From IMG/VR virus record IMGVR_UViG_3300049893_001527, positions 1 through 61,641 of that record: a stretch of 61,641 nucleotides of DNA; one strand, 5' to 3'. Below, one piece after another: positions 19,326 to 28,189 of the stretch (the first letter of the stretch is position 1; the number at the start of each line of letters is the position of its first letter). Source of the DNA: a virus. Taxonomy: Duplodnaviria > Caudoviricetes. Both the position numbers and the translations under genes were made by a program. The notes below the pieces were generated by a model. The model did not search any database and was not told the origin of the DNA. It saw only the letters and a list, made by a program, of their open reading frames with translations.

Positions 19326-21776
19326 ATGTCAAAATTCGACCAAGATGTTGCCGCGCTTATCAAAGAAGCGCGGCAACAAATAAGTGAATTAATTAAGTCT
19401 AGCCAAGAAGAATTGGCTAAAGCTACTATTGGTGAAGTGCTTGAGGCTAAGGCTAAGGGCGAATCATCACCAGAATCATCACCAGAATCATCACCAGACG
19501 TACCCAAATCAGTTAGTTCAAAACCTGTTGGTGTATTAGTTAAAAAGCCGGGGCAACCAAAGCCTGTATTAGATAGGGCGGTTACCCCTGCTAGTCCATT
19601 TATTGCTGGTCGTGATGTTCCAGCGACAGCAGAAAAATTCCCGCAAGTAGTTTCTAAGCCAGAATTTATTGCACAACCTACAAGTAAATCCCCAAAGCCT
19701 GAAATAGAAGACAAAAGTGTTCAACATGATCCGCATCAACATTTGTCGGATAAAATGAAGCTTTTGGGAAACATTTTAGAGCAACACCCAACAAATCCAG
19801 ACGTAGCTAAAAGAGTAGCTAGATCGTTTGCGGATTACATGGTTGCACACAAAGATACCGCCAAAACGTCTAACAAAAAAGAAAGCCATATAGGATCTAG
19901 TAAGGATGCTGCTGCTGGTTTACTAGCACAACCAACTCTAACAGCAAAGTATAGAGCCAAACACGATCCAAAGTTTAGAAAAGAATTGTTAGCTCAACCC
20001 GAATACCAAGACGTATTAGACGAAAAGGGTGAATTAAAATCCAAGCCAGACTTAGGCGATTTTGAGCATTGGACCAAAAAGATGCTAGATATTGCATCTG
20101 GCCAACGTGAACCATTAGAAAATGAGCCTTCAAAAGAAGAAGCGTCCGAAAAGCTATTAAGCTTTTTGCAACACGCTCCTTTGGCTGACCAAGTAAAACA
20201 ACGTGTAGCTCGCGGTTATAAAGACGCAAATGTCACAGCCCGCGTAGCTACACCAGAAGAAATAGCCGATCCGGCATTTTATGAACAATTGTTTGGTAAG
20301 CAAAGCAGGCAACAAGCCGAACACCAACCTGACCCATTATTGCCAGACGAGCTTGATAGTGGCCAAACTACAGACACCGGTTATGAGGGTGGAGCAATCA
20401 AGGATAAAGGCGGTAAAGGTGGGACAAAGGCGGGATTTGGTAATTATGGTTCTGCTATCCCAAGTATTGCTAAATTACAGCAATGGGCCGAAACCAGACC
20501 CGAATATGCTTTTTTGCAACGTCAACAAAATCCAGATGGCACCTATGAATCATTGGAAACCCACCATCAACGTTTGGAAAGTGCCAGAAACAAACTAATA
20601 GATGCTCAAAACGCTGCTAGAAAAAAAGCAGATAAATCTTCATTTTTGGCGTCACCAGAAGAAAAAGCTGCACTAGCAGCCCGTAAAGCCGCTGTTGGCC
20701 AAATTGGTCAACCCGGTGGACCACAACCTAAAAAGGTAGAAGTACCGGATAAAATTAAATCAAAAGTAGAACAACAACCAACCGTAGGTTTTGGTGGTAT
20801 GGGTGGTTCTAGTGGGGATACATGGAATGCGGTTCAAGTAGCCCAACAATTACATGATGAAGTACAAGCCCACAAAAAGCAAAATGAATCCGCACGTTTA
20901 TGGCAAACGCCAGAAGGTCAAGCTAAAATATTGGCTAGACACAAATCAGAAATGATGGCTCATAAGGATCTTCAAAAGGATCCGGTCTTAACTAGTGCTT
21001 TAATACACCCATCTTTTATGCAAACCGTTATGGATAGCGGTAGATTTAGGGTAGATCCGGCTACTAAGCAATCTGTACCATATGTGGATAAATTGTTAGA
21101 AATACCATCTTTGAAAAACTATGCACAAAAAATTCAAGGTGATGTTGTCAAACAAGTCTCAGATGAATTAAAGGCTAGTGGTCGTGGGGCAGATCCACAA
21201 GCAGTAAATGAAGGTGTAGCTAAAAAAATGGGCCAAATGTTAGGCCAAAAAATAGTTCAATCTCGTGCCGCAAAAGCACAAAGCTTAATGGCTAAAAAGC
21301 CGGGTGTTAAAATGCGTCCCGGTGTAGGTATTACACCTACCGCATCCCATAGTGGACGTATAGCGGAAACCATTAAACGTATTAGGTCAAAGCCTTTTGG
21401 TACTAGAGCATTTACTGGAACAGGTAATATGCCTGACAATTGGGAAGATAGCCCACCAAAGGGTGTTGGAAGTATAGCTAGATTACCAGATGAAGCAACC
21501 CCGGAATATGTTGATAGAACTGGCCTATTGGGTAATAAGAAAAAAGCGACAGACGTAGCAACAAAATCTAAAATAAGTGGTCCAGAAGCAGACGCTACGG
21601 CACAAAAAATAAAAGCCGATCATGCTGCGAAAGAAGCAGCAAAACTAGCAGCTAATGTAAAACCGGGTAAATTAGAACAAACACCTTGGAAACCCGGGGA
21701 AAAAGAAGCTTGGATACAAACCGGGGATAGATTGGCTAAGATAAAAGCAGAACTTGGAAAAAAGAAGAAGTCCTAA
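19326..21776 (+). CDS. Large low-complexity (K/A/P/Q-rich) putative internal head protein
   Basis: About 816 aa, late motif upstream, N-terminal ELIKSSQEELAKA motif, ESSP x3 repeat. Confidence 0.65.
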   Translation: MSKFDQDVAALIKEARQQISELIKSSQEELAKATIGEVLEAKAKGESSPESSPESSPDVPKSVSSKPVGVLVKKPGQPKPVLDRAVTPASPFIAGRDVPATAEKFPQVVSKPEFIAQPTSKSPKPEIEDKSVQHDPHQHLSDKMKLLGNILEQHPTNPDVAKRVARSFADYMVAHKDTAKTSNKKESHIGSSKDAAAGLLAQPTLTAKYRAKHDPKFRKELLAQPEYQDVLDEKGELKSKPDLGDFEHWTKKMLDIASGQREPLENEPSKEEASEKLLSFLQHAPLADQVKQRVARGYKDANVTARVATPEEIADPAFYEQLFGKQSRQQAEHQPDPLLPDELDSGQTTDTGYEGGAIKDKGGKGGTKAGFGNYGSAIPSIAKLQQWAETRPEYAFLQRQQNPDGTYESLETHHQRLESARNKLIDAQNAARKKADKSSFLASPEEKAALAARKAAVGQIGQPGGPQPKKVEVPDKIKSKVEQQPTVGFGGMGGSSGDTWNAVQVAQQLHDEVQAHKKQNESARLWQTPEGQAKILARHKSEMMAHKDLQKDPVLTSALIHPSFMQTVMDSGRFRVDPATKQSVPYVDKLLEIPSLKNYAQKIQGDVVKQVSDELKASGRGADPQAVNEGVAKKMGQMLGQKIVQSRAAKAQSLMAKKPGVKMRPGVGITPTASHSGRIAETIKRIRSKPFGTRAFTGTGNMPDNWEDSPPKGVGSIARLPDEATPEYVDRTGLLGNKKKATDVATKSKISGPEADATAQKIKADHAAKEAAKLAANVKPGKLEQTPWKPGEKEAWIQTGDRLAKIKAELGKKKKS

Positions 21777-21808
21777 TCTAACACGATATAAAGGATTTGG
21801 AGCATAAA

Positions 21809-22621
21809 ATGGCAAAACTACGTAAAGATGATGAAACCGCAGCAAGCGCACCAGCGCCAGAAGAAACTTCTAGCCCTGCGCCAATGGATACTGATGGTCC
21901 AGATGCTTCTTTGGAAGGATCTGATGAAGTAGAACCATCTACAGCTAGTGATGCCGGGGCAGACCCGTCCGCGTCCGAAGATGCGGCCCTAGGGGACGCG
22001 GGCGAAGGCGTAGCCGGTGACGACACCGCTGCATTAGTTCAAGCTCTAAGTGCATTGCCACCAGAAAAGCTAGAACAATTAGTTAATGCTATAGAACAAG
22101 TAATTATGTCTAAGGGTGGTGAAGCGGGTGGTGAAACCGCACCAGTAGACGGTCAAGGCGATGCGGGCCAAGCTGCTTCACCGCCAGCCGAAGCCGGTGC
22201 AGAACCCGGGCCAGTAGGACAGGATGCAGGCCAATTAGCACCAGAAATGGGTGCCCCACCAGAAATGCCACCAGAAGAACAACTAGCTCAATCCGAAAAG
22301 GTTGTTCCAAGCGAAGCTTTAGTAAAGTCAGAAGCTAAAGTTGCTGAATTAGAAAAAGCTGTTGGTGATCTAATTGGCACTTTGGAATCAGTATTGACAC
22401 AACCAGTACGTAAGGCTGGAAAAGAATTAGCTAAGGCAGAAAAGCCAGCCATGCCAAAGTTCTCTGAATTAAATAAATCAGAACAAACTAAAGCTCTAAC
22501 TGGTTTATCACGCAATCCGTCACTAACCAAATTCGAACGTTCTAAGATCAATGACTTCGTGTTGTCTAAGTCAGTTTCTATCAATGAGATAGAATCAATC
22601 TATGAAAAGTATAACAAATAA
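21809..22621 (+). CDS. Putative capsid scaffolding protein
   Basis: Directly before the major capsid gene; acidic disordered N-half, coiled coil, several LxK[SA]E motifs. Confidence 0.65.
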   Translation: MAKLRKDDETAASAPAPEETSSPAPMDTDGPDASLEGSDEVEPSTASDAGADPSASEDAALGDAGEGVAGDDTAALVQALSALPPEKLEQLVNAIEQVIMSKGGEAGGETAPVDGQGDAGQAASPPAEAGAEPGPVGQDAGQLAPEMGAPPEMPPEEQLAQSEKVVPSEALVKSEAKVAELEKAVGDLIGTLESVLTQPVRKAGKELAKAEKPAMPKFSELNKSEQTKALTGLSRNPSLTKFERSKINDFVLSKSVSINEIESIYEKYNK

Positions 22622-22639
22622 AGTTATAGGAGAAATAAA

Positions 22640-24049
22640 ATGTCACAATTAGCGGAAAAACTAGAATCACTAGCAAAGGCTCTTGAAGCCGGTGGTTACA
22701 ATGCTGTACCTACCACCTTGACTCAAGGTTCAGCATTACAAGTAGAAGATTGTTCTCCTGTAATGTATAATGTTACCTTCAACGACAAGCACATTAAGCT
22801 ACAAAAGGCTTTGAATGTCAAGTCAGTCAAGTCAGTATTCATTCAATTCAACCGTCGTCTAAGCTACGGTCAATTCGGTGGTTCAGCCCAAATTGAAGGT
22901 GCAGTAGGGCAAGAACAAACTAGCGATTTCGTCCGTGTAGGCGTACCAATGGCATTCTACTCAGAACTACGTAGAACTACATTGGTATCAAACATGGTAA
23001 AGACCCAATCCGGTGAAAAGCCAGAAGACTTGGAAGCCGAAGCCGCAGCACTAAGAATTGCTGCCGACATTGAATTCGACTTGTTCCGCGGTAAGGCCGA
23101 TTTCAGCAATGCAGGGGTATTCGATGGTAACCCTAATGCTGTACCTCCACTACCAAACATGATGGGGGTAGACCTACAAATCCGTCAATCCGACCTACAA
23201 ACCAATACCCAAGACCTAATGTTTGAATCATTTAGCTCTGGTTTGTCAGTTGTATTAAACGGTGGTGGTGTTTTGACTCAACCTATAATCGAAGACGCCT
23301 CAGTACGTTCTGCGATTAACCACGGTTCAGCCGATACCCTATATATCGACCCACTTGTACTAAGTGCGTACAACAAATTAGCATACGCCAACAAGGAACG
23401 CATTGTATTAGCTGGCAGCCCACAAACCGCTGTAGGCGCAGACGTACAACGTCAATGGGTTTCCGGTGGTACTGTAAAGACCGAAGCTAGCAGATTCCTA
23501 AGCGGAAAGACTCAACCAATCCGCGCACGCGCTATCGGTCCTGCGACCCCGCTTGTTCCAACCTCTGCCCAAAACGCTTCTAGCACTACTTTCGTAGCTG
23601 CTCAAGTATACAACTACTACACTACGCAAGAAAACGAAATCGGTGAAAGCTCTCGCAGCCCAGCCCTAGCAGTAACGATTTTGGTTAACGGAAACAACGT
23701 TGTTCTTTCTGGTGCCTCAATTGCTCCAACCAGCAAAATAATGAACGTTTACCGTTCTGCTGCTGGTGGTACTGCCGCAAGTGCTAAGTTTATCGGTCGT
23801 GTAGCTACTAACGGTTCAGCTACCCCAGCATTTACCGACCTAAACAACAAAGTACCGGGATTCGTAACTGGATTCTTGCTACAAGATGACACAATGGAAA
23901 TCGCTGAATTAGCTCCATACTCAAGAATGAAGATGGCGGTTGCCGATTTGTCAGAACCAGAAGCGCATTTTAGATTCTGCTGCCTAAAGGTTACTGAACC
24001 TCGCAAGAACGTTCTAGTAGACAACCTAAAGGGTGACCAAAGCTTCTAA
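22640..24049 (+). CDS. Major capsid protein (SPO1/Twort-like)
   Basis: 469 aa, strong RBS, N-terminal LAKALEAGGY..P.....ALQVE like Herelleviridae capsids, IA..IE..LF.G, followed by a strong terminator. Confidence 0.88.
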   Translation: MSQLAEKLESLAKALEAGGYNAVPTTLTQGSALQVEDCSPVMYNVTFNDKHIKLQKALNVKSVKSVFIQFNRRLSYGQFGGSAQIEGAVGQEQTSDFVRVGVPMAFYSELRRTTLVSNMVKTQSGEKPEDLEAEAAALRIAADIEFDLFRGKADFSNAGVFDGNPNAVPPLPNMMGVDLQIRQSDLQTNTQDLMFESFSSGLSVVLNGGGVLTQPIIEDASVRSAINHGSADTLYIDPLVLSAYNKLAYANKERIVLAGSPQTAVGADVQRQWVSGGTVKTEASRFLSGKTQPIRARAIGPATPLVPTSAQNASSTTFVAAQVYNYYTTQENEIGESSRSPALAVTILVNGNNVVLSGASIAPTSKIMNVYRSAAGGTAASAKFIGRVATNGSATPAFTDLNNKVPGFVTGFLLQDDTMEIAELAPYSRMKMAVADLSEPEAHFRFCCLKVTEPRKNVLVDNLKGDQSF

Positions 24050-24075
24050 TAGAAGCATCTAAGTAGTACACCTAG

Positions 24076-24110
24076 CGGGGTGGGTCAGAAATGACTCACC
24101 CCGTTTTTTT
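24076..24110 (+). terminator. Rho-independent terminator after the major capsid gene
   Basis: cggggtgggtca-gaaa-tgactcaccccg followed by T7. Confidence 0.9.
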
Positions 24111-24120
24111 ATTTACGTGG

Positions 24121-24149
24121 TTGACTCCTAAATCGACTTGTGGTAAGGT
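24121..24149 (+). promoter_or_regulatory. sigma70-type promoter for the thyX cassette
   Basis: TTGACT-N17-TAAGGT with TGTGG extension. Confidence 0.65.
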
Positions 24150-24168
24150 AGTCTACAAAGGAGCCCAA

Positions 24169-24798
24169 ATGCGTATCGTCAAACAATCAGCAGAACTCAT
24201 AGGTTTAATGCGGCCAACAGATACATTATCCCCCCCGGGTAAGTTAATAGAGAGGGCGGGTAGGGTTTGTTGGAAATCAGAAGATAGGATTACAGAAGAC
24301 TCACACGTAGATTTCGTGGACCGTATTTGTAATCAATATGGCCATGAATCGGTAGCAGAACATTCTTCTGCTACATTTCATTTAGTCACCAATAGAGCAA
24401 TAGCTAATGAATTGGTAAGACACCGGATAGCGGCTTACAGCCAAGAATCTACTAGGTATTGTAATTACAGCAAGGACAAGTTTGGTGGAGTAGCATTTAT
24501 TGAGCCAGAATTCTCTAACCAAGAATTAAGGGATCGTTGGTATAATTTAATGGTTCAAATCGAGCAACAATATTTATCAATGGTGCAACAAGGGGTCAAG
24601 CCAGAAGTAGCCCGAGACATATTACCGTTATGTTTAAAGACGGAAATAGTGGCTACAATGAATTTTAGAAGCTGGAAGCACGTTATAGAATTAAGGACTT
24701 CACCTAAAGCGCATTATCAAATACAGGAACTTATTGGATTAGTTAAGAAAGATTTGTTAAAGGTTGCGCCAGAATACTTTGGGACAAAGGTTAATTAA
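24169..24798 (+). CDS. thyX: Flavin-dependent thymidylate synthase
   Basis: GHESVAEH, ELVRHRIAAYSQESTRY, PEVARDILP, N.RSW; ATG 24169 after AAGGAG. Confidence 0.95.
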   Translation: MRIVKQSAELIGLMRPTDTLSPPGKLIERAGRVCWKSEDRITEDSHVDFVDRICNQYGHESVAEHSSATFHLVTNRAIANELVRHRIAAYSQESTRYCNYSKDKFGGVAFIEPEFSNQELRDRWYNLMVQIEQQYLSMVQQGVKPEVARDILPLCLKTEIVATMNFRSWKHVIELRTSPKAHYQIQELIGLVKKDLLKVAPEYFGTKVN

Positions 24799-25550
24799 TG
24801 TATCCTATTATAATGATATATGGCAACGCTGGTAGTGGCAAGGATTATATTGCGGCAAAAATAGAATCAGACCCGGGATTTCCGTATGTGGCTAAAATTG
24901 CATTGGCAGACCCTATTAAAGAATTGCTGGTCAGGGTTGTTGATTGGCCAGAACATAGTGACCTATTTGGCCCATCGTCTGAGCGTTCTAATGTTAGATT
25001 TTGGAAATCCGACAAGGCGACTAGAACCAAAACGCTTATGGAGAGGGAAGCGCCAATTGTGGTAAATAAATATATAGAACAGCTAGAAATCGGTCGGAAT
25101 AGAACACAAAAACATATAGACGATTTATTAGCTATATGTTCTAAAATAATATATCGTAAAGCTGGCACTTCTGCTAGAATGGCTTTGCAGGAAGTAGGGG
25201 ATTGGGGTAGGGCTATTCATCCTGAACTTTGGATTAGACTAACCCTACAACGAGCAGAAGAACTATTAAGTAATAGTCTAATTAGAACAGACACCGTTAT
25301 AATAACTGACGGGCGTTACAAAAATGAAGTGTTGGCCATTAAAAAGATTGGCGGGGCAGTTATTAAAGTAAATCCCTTAAATAAGGATTTCGTGCCCGAC
25401 AAACACTCAAGCGAACAAGACCAAGTAAACATACCGGATTTCTGGTTTGATACTGTTTTGAATAATTCCAATGATATGCCAGCCTTACACCGGTTTTTAA
25501 ATAAATACCAATGCAGACCATCAATCAATTTGTTCCTGCCACCCACTTAG
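24798..25550 (+). CDS. Deoxynucleoside monophosphate kinase
   Basis: GNAGSGKD, LADPIK, R..LQ..GDWGR, ITDGRY.NE, HSSE. Confidence 0.88.
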   Translation: MYPIIMIYGNAGSGKDYIAAKIESDPGFPYVAKIALADPIKELLVRVVDWPEHSDLFGPSSERSNVRFWKSDKATRTKTLMEREAPIVVNKYIEQLEIGRNRTQKHIDDLLAICSKIIYRKAGTSARMALQEVGDWGRAIHPELWIRLTLQRAEELLSNSLIRTDTVIITDGRYKNEVLAIKKIGGAVIKVNPLNKDFVPDKHSSEQDQVNIPDFWFDTVLNNSNDMPALHRFLNKYQCRPSINLFLPPT

Positions 25551-25855
25551 ATTTAAAGTTGCATAGGGACAATAATAACACCGTATACCATACTAGCTGT
25601 AAGAAAGTATTGTATTTTAATGTATATAAAGATACATACCAATGTGAACAATGTAGGGCAGTATGGCGACAAGACTTGATAGACCAATGGCCCGTCGATG
25701 AAATATCGCTAAGGTTTTCTGTTTTGGTGCCAGAAGATGAAGTTTATTACAAAAGGGTATGGGTTCAAGATGGTAAAAACGTGTATTCAACATTAGTACC
25801 AAAGGAAAGGATTAAAACAGATGCCCCCAAAGAAGAAGAATACTACTCCGACTAA
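25511..25855 (+). CDS. Hypothetical Zn-ribbon protein
   Basis: H..C...CEQC; overlaps neighbours in the operon. Confidence 0.55.
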   Translation: MQTINQFVPATHLDLKLHRDNNNTVYHTSCKKVLYFNVYKDTYQCEQCRAVWRQDLIDQWPVDEISLRFSVLVPEDEVYYKRVWVQDGKNVYSTLVPKERIKTDAPKEEEYYSD

Positions 25856-26033
25856 AACAGCATTAAACAAAATAGTTAAATCCTACAAAGTCCATGCTAT
25901 TACTCAACAAGAAGCAATGGACCAGATTAAAGAGCTAGTAGGCAATAACTTAAGTGCCGAAGTAATGAAAGCCGTAGATGCTATTTTAGAAATGCCAGCC
26001 GAAATCCCGGGTGAACAACATGAAATTGATTAG
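25821..26033 (+). CDS. Hypothetical protein
   Basis: ATG after AAGGA; operon context. Confidence 0.55.
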   Translation: MPPKKKNTTPTKTALNKIVKSYKVHAITQQEAMDQIKELVGNNLSAEVMKAVDAILEMPAEIPGEQHEID

Positions 26034-26334
26034 TTGGGACAAACTTGCCCCTAAGATAGAATCCGTAAAAGAAGAAATAGACGAAAAGTTCAAAGCCGGG
26101 CTAATGACCCCCCAATCATATCACAAAGCTATGTTTTTGATGATTTGTCGGTGTGTGGAAGAAGGTTTCGTAGAAGTAGCAGATGATTTATTATTAGAAA
26201 TGTCGCCTATTTACTTTAAAACAGATTTTTTGGAGCATTTGCAAAACGAAAACTTTAAAGTAAAGGCCGAAAAGTGTTTAGAAGGGATCAAGAATGGACG
26301 TATTAGACCAACCCAGCAAACAGGTGTTGCTTGA
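26011..26334 (+). CDS. Hypothetical protein
   Basis: Operon context; start may be the downstream ATG (MKLISW). Confidence 0.55.
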   Translation: MNNMKLISWDKLAPKIESVKEEIDEKFKAGLMTPQSYHKAMFLMICRCVEEGFVEVADDLLLEMSPIYFKTDFLEHLQNENFKVKAEKCLEGIKNGRIRPTQQTGVA

Positions 26335-26728
26335 TGAAAAAACATTTGATTTAAAAAATGTTAATTTGTTATATTGGGACACTAGGGCGGATTTCGATTC
26401 CGAAACCGAGATTTATTTCAACGATAATATTGTGCCAATCATAGATTTTACCCGGCACAAGGGCATTTTAATAGGTTTTGCCAACATCCAACAAGTCCCC
26501 TACAAAGAAGCATGGAAACTAATAGGGGATATAAGTGTAAAATATAATGACCCCATGAGAGTAGCTTTAGAAGAAGCGTTGGTGGTGCCTGAAATACAAG
26601 GTTTGGTATTAGAAGCAGAACCACAACCCGAAAATTTCGAATTAGTTAAGAAATTTTGGGTTACTGGCTTGACATTTAAGTCTAGGGATTCCAGCAAGGA
26701 TATTAGGTTGGAATTATGGAACTTATAA
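26294..26728 (+). CDS. Hypothetical protein
   Basis: Operon context. Confidence 0.55.
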   Translation: MDVLDQPSKQVLLDEKTFDLKNVNLLYWDTRADFDSETEIYFNDNIVPIIDFTRHKGILIGFANIQQVPYKEAWKLIGDISVKYNDPMRVALEEALVVPEIQGLVLEAEPQPENFELVKKFWVTGLTFKSRDSSKDIRLELWNL

Positions 26729-26838
26729 TGCGGATTATGTGGGATATTTGCGTAGCGATTAGCTTAATTTGGTGTATTGTATTGCTAAATACGGCCATAC
26801 ACGAACCATTATTAAGAGAACACGTACCCGGGGCATTA
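26728..26838 (+). CDS. Possible 36-aa membrane peptide (MRIMWDICVAISLIWCIVLL...)
   Basis: TAATG coupling to the previous stop; one hydrophobic segment; below the ORF-track cutoff. Confidence 0.3.
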
Positions 26839-26914
26839 ATATCGGTGGGGGCTATAGGTTTAGGGTATTATTTGAGATTTAGGCAGCAATCTTAGCTAGG
26901 AGTGAGGCTGCCAA

Positions 26915-27337
26915 ATGGTATTAAGTGCCCGAATTTTAGACAATGTAGCATCCGTTAATCAATTCACCTACGAGGAATCTGCTAAATTCACCGAAGGTGA
27001 CCAAGTATACGTATATTTTCAGCTAACGGACAAATCAGTAGACCGGGCAGAACAGGGATTTGTTCCTGCTGGTAGACGTTATATGCCAGCATCCGGGTCA
27101 ACCTTGGTAGTTACCTTACAAAACATAGATTCCAGCAAAACGCTAACCAAGAACGCTACTCAATTATATAGTACGTCTGACCCTTCTATTTGGCGGATTA
27201 CTATTAGTTCTAGCGATGAAATCGTTGGTATAGCCGATGCCTTGTTGGTTTTGACTGAGCCAACCAGAACTTTGCGCGGTAGAGTTAGCCGGGCATTAAG
27301 CGTAGAGCCACAATCGGGTTCTATGTGTCCAATATAA
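26915..27337 (+). CDS. Putative virion structural protein
   Basis: Late motif plus AGGAG RBS; beta-rich; first gene of the neck block. Confidence 0.6.
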   Translation: MVLSARILDNVASVNQFTYEESAKFTEGDQVYVYFQLTDKSVDRAEQGFVPAGRRYMPASGSTLVVTLQNIDSSKTLTKNATQLYSTSDPSIWRITISSSDEIVGIADALLVLTEPTRTLRGRVSRALSVEPQSGSMCPI

Positions 27338-27346
27338 GGGGCTCCC

Positions 27347-28189
27347 ATGGCTGATTATACAGATTCCGCACTATTAGACCAATCGTTATATCCAGAAAAC
27401 GCTATAGATGCCCAAGAATGGTCTAGGGTTGAACCATTATTGACGGCAGAACAGCTTAAACGTCGGTTTTTGTGGGGTATACCATTGGTTTCCCCTATTC
27501 GTGACCCTATTACGGGTAAAGCCGATACAATGACTAGTGAAGACCTTAAAGAATTTGTTTTAAGGGCTGTTGCACAAGTTGAACTAGACACGGGGATAGA
27601 CGTATTCCCGGTACAACGCTCCGAAGGCCAAGATTTTGACCGTAACCTATTAGTACAATACGGCCACCTTAGATTAGACCATCGTCCTATTGTATCAATA
27701 GATAAGTTATCTATTAAACCAGCCAGCGGGGACGATATTTATATAGTACCGCCAGAATGGATTGACCACAAGTATTTCACCAAGGGGTTATTGCACATAA
27801 TCCCACTAATGCCAGCTATTAATTCTGGTGTTATCCCTACTGGTCGTAGTGGTGGTACTATGTTTTTGCATATTATTGCTGGTGGTAGACAATGGGTTCC
27901 TAGTTATTGGAATATAGAATACACGACTGGCTTCAAAGACGGTATTTTGCCTAAAGTATTAAATGAATTAATTGGTTGTTATGCGGCTGTTGACATATTG
28001 ACTGTATTGCAATCAACTTATAGGTCTACTAGCTATTCTCTAGGGGTTGACGGTATTAGCCAATCTGGTTCTACACCGGGTCCAAATATGTTCGACCCTA
28101 GGATTAAGCAATTAGAACTCAAGAAAAAGCAATTGCTAGGTAAGTTTAAAGCGTTATTCCAAAATAAATTCATAGTGAGTAATATTTAA
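27347..28189 (+). CDS. Putative head-tail adaptor / neck protein
   Basis: AVAQVE..TG, L..RPIVSI, IEYTTGF..G..P, S.S.GVDGISQS pattern typical of neck adaptors; position. Confidence 0.7.
   Translation: MADYTDSALLDQSLYPENAIDAQEWSRVEPLLTAEQLKRRFLWGIPLVSPIRDPITGKADTMTSEDLKEFVLRAVAQVELDTGIDVFPVQRSEGQDFDRNLLVQYGHLRLDHRPIVSIDKLSIKPASGDDIYIVPPEWIDHKYFTKGLLHIIPLMPAINSGVIPTGRSGGTMFLHIIAGGRQWVPSYWNIEYTTGFKDGILPKVLNELIGCYAAVDILTVLQSTYRSTSYSLGVDGISQSGSTPGPNMFDPRIKQLELKKKQLLGKFKALFQNKFIVSNI

Noticed and set aside
19461-19498. 12-bp tandem repeat (gaatcatcacca x3)
   Set aside because: In-frame ESSP low-complexity repeat; no sign of a phase-variation role
24091-24168. Upstream ATG start for thyX
   Set aside because: Lies inside the terminator and promoter; ATG 24169 has the RBS
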